A stretch of 64,000 nt of DNA from positions 109,740,001-109,804,000 of the forward strand of contig NC_042999.1 in the NCBI RefSeq assembly GCF_006345805.1, in the 5' to 3' direction. The position numbers and the translations under genes were made by a program. Below, piece by piece: positions 52,159-64,000 of this stretch. Source of the DNA: Octopus sinensis (Eukaryota). The notes beneath the pieces were generated by a model. That model was not told the origin of the DNA, did not search any database, and saw only the letters and a program-made list of their open reading frames with translations. How positions within the stretch are numbered: position 1 is the first letter of the stretch; the number at the start of each line of letters is the position of its first letter.

Positions 52159-53062
52159 TAATTACCTTAAATACAGTACTACTTATATCTAAGCAATAAA
52201 CATTTGAATATATCCCTCACTCTGACGCATGATACATTGACAGCCCCACCTCTCAGTATTATAATGAAAACTGAAGCTAAGATGGAACAACATCAATGAA
52301 TTTCAATCAATAAGAGGCAGAGTTGTCAAAAAGTATATTAGTACTACCAACACCATCACTATTGCCATCATCATCAGCTTCATTTTAAACAGCTTTAAAT
52401 TGAAAATTTTTACAACAGTAGCAATTGTTTATATTCACCTCCCCCATACAAATCTCTTGTTAAAAGGATATCGCACAAAACTTTTCAAATAATCTAAACA
52501 AAAGAAAAAATAATTAAATGAATAAATAAATAAAACAAGAATCTGCATACACCCAGACATGCATACATATAAAGAAAGGTATGAAAAACAAAAAAAAATA
52601 TAATCTAAAAAATAACACTTTAAAAATCTTTTCATTTTTCATTTATTTCCTTAAATTTTTCAGCATATTTTCAAAATTTGCCTAAAGCGTTAAAAATGCA
52701 TTTCTGAAGTGTAAAAAAAAACTTAAAAAAAAAAAAGAAAGAAAGAAAGAAGTATAAGAAGAAAGAGGAAAATTTGCAGTAAGAAAAGAAAAAAAAATTT
52801 AGTGAAAAGTAGTGTGCATACTGAAGTTTCTTCTACTCCTCCCTCAATGATGCCCACATGTTGTGTAGTGAAGTGATGGCTGCATCAGAGTGCACATAAC
52901 AATGCACCAGCAACTGCATGAACTAGCACACACCAGGCAGCATTCCTGACAGGCTATTTTGCCTGCGGCTGCTGCTGTGACAATATGCAAAGCAGAGGGA
53001 TGACTGAGTTGATCAAGCAACTTCCTTTTGCCACCAGCAATATATTTTGGTAATCCTTTTAA

Positions 53063-53100
<38 letters not shown>

Positions 53101-54174
53101 TTAGCAGCAATAGTAGTAGTTGTAGTAGCAGCAGTAATAATAATGTTAGTAGTATCTGTAGTAGTTGTAATGGTGACGTATATTAAGCCTTGCTTATCTT
53201 AAAACAACAACTAAAATCATTTCAGGAGCTGAGACTGCTAATGCATTGTTAAACTTTGTGGTTTTTGCTAATTTAAATAATATTTCATAGAAATTTTCTC
53301 CATGTGAAAGATGACAATAAAAGAATAAAAGAATGGGGGCTGACTTAATACTTATATCACATACAAAAAAAAAAAAAAAGGTAAAAAAAAACTGTGAAAA
53401 AATAGTTGGCTTAACAAACAGTTAACAATAAGCAGTTTACACATGAGAAATGATATGAAATACATTAGAATTAAAATAGTCCTAACCAATTCTTAAAGCA
53501 ATTGTACCTATTGTGTCTTAAGCAGTAATTATTCATATTTAAGAAAGCAAAATTTAAATTCAAAAATTTCTTAAGAATTTCTTCTTTTTTTTTTTAATTA
53601 TATAATTGGATAAGTAGAAAATATAGTAAATTTTTAAAAAACATTGCATACACTGCTTTCTTTCTTTGGTACAAAGCCCCTTTGTATTTCAGGTGGTAGG
53701 ACAATGTATAGTCAACTAAGTTGGTTTATGCATATAAGTAGTTTTTACTATATTTATTTCATAGCAGTGATAGTCAAAACTTATCTAACAGGATCTAAAT
53801 TCATAAAATGATACCATTAAGTACACATCAGTCCTATATTCACAAGAGACAAGAACCTGAGTAAGATTCTGCCATAAGATTGAGAGGGTTCGGTTTAGAC
53901 TTGATATTTCTCAGTTAATTAATTAATAGATTTAAATGATATACACATAAAGATGTAGGTCACAAGTTAAGCATTACTGAATAATCTGGTCTAGTATGTT
54001 ACCTTCTAAGGCTATTATGTGGTTGTAAGTTTTGACATGAACTACTTAAACATGCAAGACTAACAATTATCCAGAAGTACCATTGTTTTTCATTATCACT
54101 GCTCTAACCACAACTAAAATCTTCAGACTGTATGGTCAAATAGATACAACATACTGACAACCATAATGTATCTT

Positions 54175-54430
54175 CATCATCATCATTGTTTAACGTCCAT
54201 TTTCCATGCTAGCATGAGTTGGACAGTTAGACCGGGGTCTGGGAAGCCAGGAGACTGCACCAGGCTCCAGTCTGATCTGGCAGTGTTTCTGCAGCTGGAT
54301 GCCCTTCCCAATGCCAACCACTCTGTGAGTGTAGTGGGTGCTTTTTACATGCCACCACCAGCACATGTGCCAGGCAAGGCTGGCAACGGCCATGATCGGT
54401 TGGTGCATTTTACGTGCCACCGGCACAGGT
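54175..54430 (-). mobile_element. RTE 3'-end fragment
   Basis: Near-identical to 10915-11165. Confidence 0.8.
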
Positions 54431-56859
54431 ACCACAACTACAAAGAATCTAGGGCAGAATGAAGTAAAGAATATCAGCATTGATAGACTTGAGTTACTCC
54501 TGGACCTTGGTTATCTCCATACTATAAATCTTTTCAAGAAAATTTAACTGTAAATACTCAACAACAATGTTATATTTTCAAAATGTTCACAGTTGTTATT
54601 TCTCAATGCCTCAGACTTCCGTAAAAGTGTTTCAGAAATACTATTTTAAAACAGACATTTTTTGCTAAATTCTTCCATCTTGTTCAAGTTGTTGTTTAAT
54701 CCCAGATCAATCTCAATCAAGTAAATCTATGATCAAGGTCATTCTAGTCATGGCTATAACTTTTCTTCAGATTTAGAGCATCAAAACTTACATTAATTAA
54801 TATATCTTTCCTAATTTAAGACAGTAGGGGATGATTTGAAGGAGTTTTGATTTTTATTTCCAGTAAGTTGAGAAACCACTTAGAGGCTACTTTTAATTTG
54901 TTTTGACACATTGTTGTTTTAAGTAGAATAGAAATAGTTGGGTAACTGACTTAGCAAGAATAAGAGATAATTGGGATAAATATTTTGTAGCATCTAGTTT
55001 AGTATTCAGATCTTACTGAGGTCTTTGCATTTCATCTCATCATAATTATGAAATATATATTAGTAATATACCTGGTTGAGTTAATTGATTATGCTTCATC
55101 TTCTTATGTTCATCATTTGGTGCCTCTCTCACCCCTTTCCATCCCATCACTAGTCAACAAACCCTTCAAACTCACCAATCTCTTCCACAAGCTAGTGACA
55201 ACACATCTTTGAATAGAAAAGAGTGAGTTTTATGCCAAAACAAGAGAAACCATAAGAGCTTCATCAAGCAAAATCTGTGACCAGGATTAGATTCCTACAT
55301 GGAATCTCTGCAAAAGCTTATACTTCAGGTTCATTTAACAAATTATTGGGTTTACTTTATAGAATAAAGCATAAATGATATTACAGTAAGATCAATATTA
55401 GCCAGAAACAAGAAAGAAAAAATATACAGTTTTAAAATATGCTGGATTTCAAGAAATAATAATTTTTGGTTTATTTTCTTGCTTTCTCTTTTATCTATGT
55501 AATTTTTGAATAAGAAACTAATCTAAAAAAGAAAGCATATGGCTAAAAGATAAAAGAAACCTTTTCCAGTAATCCTTCAAAACAATGTCTTAACCAATGC
55601 TACTCTCTTTTACATCTATTGTTCAAAAGAGACCTTAACCTTGACCAAAACAAACCATGACAGTTCTACATTTCTATGGCATCATTAGCTTGCAAGAAAC
55701 CATTTGCCTAAATAAAAATCAAGCAACAAAAACAGAAGAAATTGTTTTATGGGTAGGAAGGTTGGTGAGGTGGAGGGGGTGGGGTGAAATTTATGGAACC
55801 ACATTCAATACATGTTTGCCAATTAATATGATCTTGATATTAAAATTACAATAAGAAGAACAAACAATAAAAAAAAACAAAAACAGAAAAACAAACTAAC
55901 CGAATATCAAAGAAGATAAAACCATTATATATGGAAATAATCTAGGTAATATTTAAGATATTGGTGGCAGTGGAGGTGATTGTGGCTGTGATTATATTTT
56001 ATTGCTGATGTTGATTATGGGTTGGTGCCGGTGAAAATGTTATTGTTGGTACTGGTGATAAGAGAGGCTGTTGTTGTCATTGCTGTTACTGTTTATGATA
56101 TGATGCTACTGGGGATTCGACTCTGTGTGTGTGAGAAAGAGAGAGAGATAGAGATAGAGTAAGACAGAGAGAGGAGAAAGAGAGAGAAAAGGGTAGACAG
56201 AGACAAAATGGTAAAGAAATACCTATACAAACATCTGTCATTGAAAGGAATACCACCCCTATTATCTATGAGTGATCCCACCCATACAAAAGAAACATTA
56301 ATCACAAGGGTGGGCGTTATGCAATTTTTAATCAATATATCCCAGCCGATAGATGCCACTGCTGTAACCTCCACTGCTTTTATCACAAAGACACCACCAG
56401 TTTCTATAATCATCATCATCATCATCACCATCATAAGCCACACAAACACTGCCACCATCAGTTTCAACACAAACCAGGAATATCATGACCACTACCCATC
56501 CACCCAACCACCACAACTATCACTACCACCAGTACTAATATCAGCAGGAATAAAAACACTTGCAATATCATCATCATCAGCAGCAATATTTCCAGCCACT
56601 GCAACAGCACCAACAATAACACTAAGAGCAGCAGCAGCAGCAGCTGTAGAGACACAAGCAATGCCAACATCAGCAGCTACTAACTACAAGAGTGTAAACA
56701 TGGCAGTGCTTCAGCATGATGTTGTCTATTAAACAATCAGTTACTACTGCACAAAATGCTGTTGCTTTTTTGCAGTAGTAGATGCATGTGCAGCAGCAAC
56801 CATGGGCCCTTACTGCTTGCATTTTAAACTTTAATAAAAAACAACAATAACTAGAATTT

Positions 56860-57460
56860 CTAATTCAGTCACAAGGATTAATTTTAAGGGGAGGGTGTTA
56901 GTTGATTACATCAACCTCAGTACTTGACTATACTTACTTCAAATTCAGGATATAAAGAACCAGAAGAATTATTAGTTTCAAATTTTGGTACAAGGGCAAC
57001 AATTCTGGGGTTGGGGATAAACCGATTATATCGCTCCTAGTGTTCAAATTGTACTTATTTTATCGACCCTGGAAAGATGAAAGGCAAAGTTGACCTCGGA
57101 TTTGAACTCAGAACATAGAGATGGATGAAATGCTTCTTAGTATTTTTACCAAAATGCTAATGATTCTGACAGCTTGCCGCCTTAGAGCCAGAAGAAATAT
57201 TTGTCTGCTGCTCTTACATTTCTGATAGTCCAGTCTCCTAACAATAACAATTGTTTCAAATTTCAGTACGAGGCCAGCTATTTTTAGGGGGAGGGTGTTT
57301 GTCGATGCCCCAATACTTGACAGGTACTACGTTTCATTGATCCTGGAAGGATGAAAGATAAAGTTGATTCCAGTGGAATAGGAAAACAGAATGTAGTGAG
57401 TTGGAAGGAATACTGTTAGGAATTTTGTGCAATGATTTAACAATTCCACCATCTTGCCAC
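56860..57460 (-). mobile_element. Cluster of 2-3 same-orientation SINE family A copies
   Basis: A partial copy at about 56870-56940, then copies at about 56985-57182 and 57260-57460. Confidence 0.75.
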
Positions 57461-58006
57461 CTAAACAATTGCAATGATGACTACAGTTATAAAGGTGGCA
57501 AAACTCATATGAGTTTACACATTTCTGAAGAGATGCAGATGAGAAATTGCAATAGTTTTCAGCAGTATTTGCCAACTCATTACACCATATATTTAATTCT
57601 TTTTTTTTTTTTTTTGCTTTTGCTTTATGAATAATTTTTCCTTTATTCAGTTGGCTTTTGGCTATTTTCACTTCACAGTTTGATTTCTATCATTTCTCAA
57701 ATGCATATATTGAAGTGTGCAAATTTGGACTTAAAACATATTCTTAGGAGGAAGTTGTAGCTGCAAGACTCAAAAGGACATTGACTGTTAGATAAGTGAG
57801 CAGATGGTTTCTATCTTGTCAATTTGTTATATCAATGTGTAAATTAACGTTGATGGGATAAAACTCACTGCAATTGTTGTTTAGGACAAAGTTAGATCTC
57901 ATCAAGTTGCTCAAAAGCATTTAAGCCATGACCGTCCTGTCTTTTTGTGCATTTAGGAATACATTGTTCAATGTGTCTATTTTTAAGATGGTAAGTGTAA
58001 TTAGAG

Positions 58007-58515
58007 CAATGGTTCTTAACTGTTTTTACTTATAGAGCCCTTTGATTCCTATTTTACTTGGATGGGCCCTCATAGCTATTTGATGTTTAAAAATCCTGTT
58101 GTGTGCATAAAAAATTTAAATATTTTGTATATTGTAGAAGTTGAGACCCCCTTCGGTCATGACTGACCATGGGATTGCACCTAGAAAGTTACCCTCCCAG
58201 GCACAAGTCCGGGCAAGGTTGTTTATGGAAGACCAGCAGTCGCCCATGCCACCAGTGTTATCCAAGGGATGTCACAACTCATTTCTAGAGCTGAGTGAAC
58301 TGGAGCAACATGAAATAAAGTGTCTTGCTCAAGAACACAACACGCAACCTGGTCCAGGATTCAAACTCACAACCTCATGATCATAAGCTCGACGCTCTAA
58401 CCACTGAGCCATGTGCCTTCATGTAGAAGTACAACCCATTTATTGCACATAAATTTTAACAGCAAAATCTTATGTGGAACCCAAGGGTCATATAGACTCC
58501 ATTTGAGAACCACTG
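58007..58515. mobile_element. hAT (Charlie-like) MITE carrying a nested SINE
   Basis: TIRs CAATGGTTCTTAA and TTGAGAACCACTG. Exact 8-bp TSD AATTAGAG at 57999-58006 and 58516-58523. Confidence 0.85.
58142..58421 (-). mobile_element. tRNA-derived SINE (family C) with an RTE-type 3' tail, inserted in the MITE
   Basis: The minus-strand head has A/B-box-like motifs. 9-bp TSD TGTAGAAGT at 58133-58141 and 58422-58430. Confidence 0.8.
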
Positions 58516-59965
58516 AATTAGAGGATGATTTGGCTGTTATTTTTAGCAAGTAAACCAAATGTATTAAGTTGAGTTCACCTCTGTTGACATAGGCATTCTA
58601 AAATTATGTTTTGTGTTTTTTAAACTTGTGCTTCTCAGTAGAAATTCTCCCATAAGTCTACAGAAGGTACATAGGAAATTAGCTATTTGTTGTGAGCTAG
58701 AAAACTGCAGATAAGCTGAGTAAGTACAATAGTGGCAGGATGCAAAATTTATAGCTGAGCATTTTAACTTTGCAACCACAATGTTGCCATATTCAAAAAT
58801 TCTCTCTCTCTCTCTCCCCCTCACACACATACACACACATTCTCTCTCTCTTTTTTAATTAAAGAAACACTATTTTTCTCATTTTCATATTTTTAAAAAT
58901 CTTTCATGTAAATTTTCATTTTAATATTTTAATTTTTTTTTTTATTTATTTATTCATTTATTTGTTATTATCATTTTTTTGTTTTGATTTTCAGATATAG
59001 CAACTGAACTGTTTTCAGCTCCTATCTATTGTTACAACCTCTGATATAACGAAATTAGACCATATATCAAGACAAACATTTCATTAGTAAAACAAAATAT
59101 TATTAATGTACAGAGGCCACAGTAGGTATCATATTTTATATTTTAATCTGTTTTAATTGTTATTTTGATATGCCTCACCTCTCTTTCTAGCCAAAAGTCA
59201 AATTTAAAAATTACAATAACAATAACAAACAAGCAAAAAAAAAGAAAAGAATTTGAACTTTCTGTGATCATAGACATGTAAGTGAATAATGATGATGATG
59301 ATGATGATGGTAGTGGTGTAGAAATAAACTAGTTCGATTGATAGATAAACAAATATAGTATTCATTAAGGTCAAAAAGAGATGGGAAAAAAAAAATTTTT
59401 ATGGAAAAAAAAATGCAAAAGCAAAATCCAGTGGAATAAATGGTGAAAATTGTAACCTTAGAGTGAATTTTAAATAAAATTTGGGAAGATTTAAAACACT
59501 AAAATACTAAAAACCAAACAGAATTAGAGGAAAAAATAACCTATCCTTAAGTCATTGATTTTTTAGAACACAAATAAAATGAACATAAAATAACAGCAAT
59601 AAAGACCACATACAGCCAGTACACTTTCAATCAAAACCATTCTGTGAAATAGCAAAACATGCAAGAGGGGACACACACCCTTCCATCAAACAGAACAATT
59701 TAAGGAGTCACAGTTGTAGCATTTACAAGGAAAGATGCAAATAAAAAGAGAGTGCACCTGGGATGAAGCAAGAGGTTAAAAGTGTGAACTGATAAGAAAA
59801 TATCTATAAAAGATAACAGTAAAATTTACCACAAGGCACGAGGTGGAAGAGAAAAATAAAATCTATGGTACATATAGACAAAAAAAAAAAAAATAAGAAG
59901 AAAACAAAAAAAACCCATCAGATGTAAGGAAAATAAAAATAATAATAATGAAAATAATTATAATA

Positions 59966-59999
<34 letters not shown>

Positions 60000-61204
60000 G
60001 ACAAAATAAGATCAAATGAAAAAGAGACCCCAAAATATGGAAAAGAAAGATGAGAAAAAATATTTACAAGCATAAAGTAAAACAAATCTAGAGAAATGTA
60101 TTTCTTTAATAACTGTGTTTTACACCCCTACACCCACAAATGGTCTATTTTTATCTGTGTAAGAATACCCTCAGCCAACCAATACATGGGGTGGGGTTAA
60201 TCTAACAGATAAATATGAACAGATGAAAATGAATATATGTATAATTATCTATATATATATGAGCATAAATTATATGTCACACACACACACACACACACAT
60301 ATATATAATGTATATAAATAAAATATATATATATATAGCAATTGTATTGTGCAAGGCCTATTTTTACCATTAAGAACACACAAAATCTATCATACTATCT
60401 TTCTACTTGTTTCTGGCATTAACATTTTCATCACACATCTGCAACATGGTCACTGACACAGTTCCACTGCAATTGTTGAATTACTGGTTAGTTTTGCTAG
60501 GCCTCAGGGTTTTAAAAAAATTTTTAACTTTTTGTTTGTTTATTTTCTTTTTTGTCCTAGAATCTTCAAACATGGGCCTGCTATAAGGTTTGATATGGGT
60601 CATTGTTGAATTTTGCCAGCTTTTTTTTATCTTTATTTAATGCTTGGTAAGTCTGTTTTTAACTTCAGTATAAGCCTCTGATTTTGGATTCTCTCTGGCA
60701 GTCAGTTCTTTGTCTCTATTTCATGTATACATATTGAAATAAATCTGTTTTGTTCTCAAAATTCTTGTCTGTATGCACTTTCACACAGAAGGCTGCCTCC
60801 ACACATACCTCTAAACAAACTTTCTAGAACTATGATTTATTTCTGTTATGCTTTTTATAGTCCAATTTCAGTTCATTAATAATTGTTCCAGTGGGTTAAT
60901 TGCCTTCTCTACGAATGTTGTTGCATATTTTCATTTTATTTTGACCTATGAACAAAGTGGTTGAAGGTTTGTTTCTATTGTTGTAGATTGATGAAAATAG
61001 TTGGTCAACGATACTGGGAAACAACTTTTCTACCTTGTCATTATTATTTTAATATAGCTTTTAAGTTTACTTGCATAAGACAGCTGTGTCTGTAATATGG
61101 TGTTATTTCCCGTACTTTGACCATGCAACATTACATTTACAAGGCAGTCTACCAGATAAAGAATGTTGATTTTTGAGAAAACCAAGTAGAAGTTGTAAAA
61201 GATA

Positions 61205-61419
61205 TTCTTTTCTACTCTAAGCACAAGGTCCAAAATTTTGGGGGAGGGGCCAGTCAATTAGATCAACCCCAGTATGTAACTGGTATTTAATTTATTGACC
61301 TCAAAAGGATGAAAGGCAAAGTTGATCTTGGTGGAATTTGAGCTCAGAATGTAAAGACAGACGAAATACCGCTAAGTATTTTGCCTGGCGTGCTAATATT
61401 TCTGCCAGCTTGCTGCCTT
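61205..61419 (-). mobile_element. SINE family A, full length
   Basis: Complete head, core and tail. Confidence 0.85.
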
Positions 61420-62249
61420 TTGTAAAAGATATTCATACACGTTATGTGAATGTTGACTGAAATGATGGTGATAAAAATCTTGTGAGAGGAGATCAAGAAA
61501 TGACAAGCAAAGATAATTTGGTGTGAGTAGTTAGTTCAGAATTTAGAAGTATGGAATATCTAAGGATGCTGTAAAACAGGCATATGTCTAGTGTCACAGC
61601 ACTCTCCACCCCATACAAACATGCAAAGGCAGGTATTAAACCATTGATAATGATGATGATAATTTTGATCATGATGTTAACTAGCAACTTCTTGTAATTG
61701 TGAACACCAATATGAAATAATAGTTATAACATTTATGATTAATTTTTTTTGTTACTATTTCATTGTACGGTTTCCAAAAGAATTTTCATGTTTTTGTCCA
61801 TGCAAATATGAAGATGAGTGGTAGTTTCTGGAAAGTGGGATATTTGCAAGAAATACTGAAGTAGGTTTTCTATTTTTTAAATAGAATGCAGTTTCTCACA
61901 TTAATCTCATAACCTATGAATAGAAAAGTGGTGCCTGTTTTACATGCCTATTGACTGATGTAAACATATTAAATGAATGATGCAAACATATTAAATTGCC
62001 TAGCAGAAGGACACATTGGATAGAAAGTGGATCTTAAATCACAAGTGTTATGAAAAAAAAAAAAAAAATTCTTTCATTTTATATATCATTTTGATACATT
62101 ATTTATATATTATCTTAATATGTTTCACAATGCAACAATATATTTTCTATGAATATTCTGTCTAGTAATTATGTAAAAAAAGGCAAATCGAAATGGTTTT
62201 CAATTATGGTAGGCAAGGCAAAATGGCTGTGAATTTGATAGAATAAGAT

Positions 62250-62850
62250 TTGAACTTGTGCCATGGCTTCTAATCCTAAGAAAACTGAAGTGTAATCTAT
62301 GTTTTCCAAGAAAAGTATGCAATACCTTTTCTAGCAAATTTTGCAGAGTATAATGACTTAGTCAATTTAATAACTTATTCCATCTACCATTGCTCTCTTA
62401 CATGTAGGTTTAAATGCAAAATAATACATACAAAAACGCCATACCTAACACAGCTAAGGGTTAGTGGCATGAAGGACATCTGATTGTAAAACAACATCTC
62501 AGGAATATATTCATGAAACCCATGACAGTATGAGAAAATGGAAATTAAAATAAATGAATGATGTCCACAAGTTTTGAAAGCAATCAGTATATTATCTCCA
62601 GAAATTCTTGCAATCTGGTCATAGCTATATTGGTATGAAAAAGCACTCAAAAACATGTGTTTTAGTAGGTAATAATATGCACAATGAGGTATGCATGGTT
62701 TTCTAAGTACTGAAATACCTCATTTTATGAGGACCCACTTTATGAGACTCTGGGTTTATGAGTTTTATTCTTCAAGCAGAGGATCCAAATTTTGAACGAT
62801 GTGCAAGAGTTTCTACTACCATAACAAATGCTTCAGCATGTTACTGAAAT
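62250..62850 (+). pseudogene. Tigger/pogo-like transposase remnant (DDE_1 C-terminal part)
   Basis: EDPNFERCARVSTTITNASACY*xIY resembles the Tigger C-terminal DPNxERxxKVxxxVxNAxxCYxxIY. Upstream IPNTA and KF*K remnants. Confidence 0.4.
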
Positions 62851-63556
62851 CTACAAGTCTGTCTATGAGTGCTTGTGAATTGATGATCATGTCTTCAACT
62901 GATGGTGTGCACAAGTCTAGTGCCAGTGAAAGTGATTCAGAAAACAATTATAATAATAATATTTTTAATTATAAATGATCTTGGCATCCTTTTTACTTTA
63001 CATAAAATATTCTTTATATTCTACTGTTATTTTATTGTCATTTATCTATGTGTATAATAAATTTTATAGGTAAAATATTTTTCTGGGAACGAATTGTAAT
63101 TCATAATATTGTTACTATGGGAAATTATTGCTCTGCTTTACGAGTTTTTGCTTTACAAGCGGTCTATGGGAACAAATTAACTTGTATATTAAGGCATTAT
63201 TCGATTATGTTTTGCGACAATTTTAACACTGGAGGAAGATTTTGTTTGTATGAGGTAGTTTATGTTACTATGTGTTTCTTTCAATTGGTAACACTGATTT
63301 GCATGTTTGCCTACATTTGGTGGCATTGAAAGATATTGATTTTCCTTTTATCATCCCCACCTACCCCCATGATCAAAAACAAGGTTAGATGGTAGACACC
63401 AGTCACTTGTAATGTCTTCATAATCTGGTACATATCATCAAGAGAAATGCTATTTTCGATCTCCCTCGCCCTCCCACACAAAATTTAATGCTAAGTTATG
63501 GCCAAGAATGTGTTGCAAGTAATTCCCTAAATTCAGTCTTCAGTGACACGCTAGAG

Positions 63557-63605
<49 letters not shown>

Positions 63606-63624
63606 TAATAATAATATTAATAAT

Positions 63625-63842
63625 AATGGTTTCAAATTTTGCCACAAGGGCAGCTTTTGTGGGGAAGGGATGAGTCGATTACATTGACCCCCAGTGTTTC
63701 ACTGGTACTTAATTTATTGACTCTGAAAAGATGAATGGCAAAGTTGACCTCAGTGGAATTTGAATTCAGAGTATAAAAGACGGATGAAATACTGCTAAAC
63801 ATTTTGCCTGGCATGCTAATGGTTCTGCCAGCTCGCCACCTT
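63625..63842 (-). mobile_element. SINE family A, full length, within (AAT)n tracts
   Basis: Complete head, core and tail, with (AAT)n on both sides. Confidence 0.85.
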
Positions 63843-63879
63843 AATAATAATAATAATAATAATGATAATAATAATAATG

Positions 63880-63919
<40 letters not shown>

Positions 63920-64000
63920 CCAGAGTCAAGTTTACCATCGACTAGTAAGAAGTAATGATACCTCTCCTCAGCTCATGAAAGTCTTCCAACCACTTCCCTG

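Noticed and set aside
55762-55786. G-rich run with G-quadruplex potential
   Set aside because: Irregular G-tracts typical of random purine-rich low-complexity sequence, with no supporting context.
56093-56732. 174-aa and 125-aa ORFs
   Set aside because: Built largely from (CAT)n, (CAG)n and (GA)n low-complexity tracts; no recognisable domain or splice structure.

Overview
AT-rich, repeat-dense eukaryotic genomic DNA. The repeat families resemble those I recall from coleoid cephalopods (Octopus-like); this is inferred from repeat content only. Most of the window is intronic or intergenic: tRNA-derived SINEs of three families, RTE-type LINE fragments and their 3' UTRs, older decayed LINE, gag-like and Tigger remnants, hAT, piggyBac-like and Tigger MITEs, a non-autonomous Helitron, foldback elements and many microsatellites. 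Nearly all ORFs in the supplied track are microsatellite or repeat artefacts. No long host CDS is present. Several short exon-like segments with good splice sites on the minus strand (best: 6699-6821, 23899-23946) suggest the 3' part of a large, unidentified intron-rich gene, possibly with microexons. The most notable observations are: (1) two hammerhead-ribozyme-like cores in Penelope-like repeats, one next to a palindromic Pol III (tRNA-like) head; (2) a recent 115-bp inverted, locally templated insertion inside a SINE head; (3) a three-level nested insertion with target-site duplications and an empty-site control in the same window; (4) several long inverted repeats that could form dsRNA. 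Repeat boundaries are approximate (about 10-20 bp) unless TSDs or termini are quoted. All alignments were made by eye.
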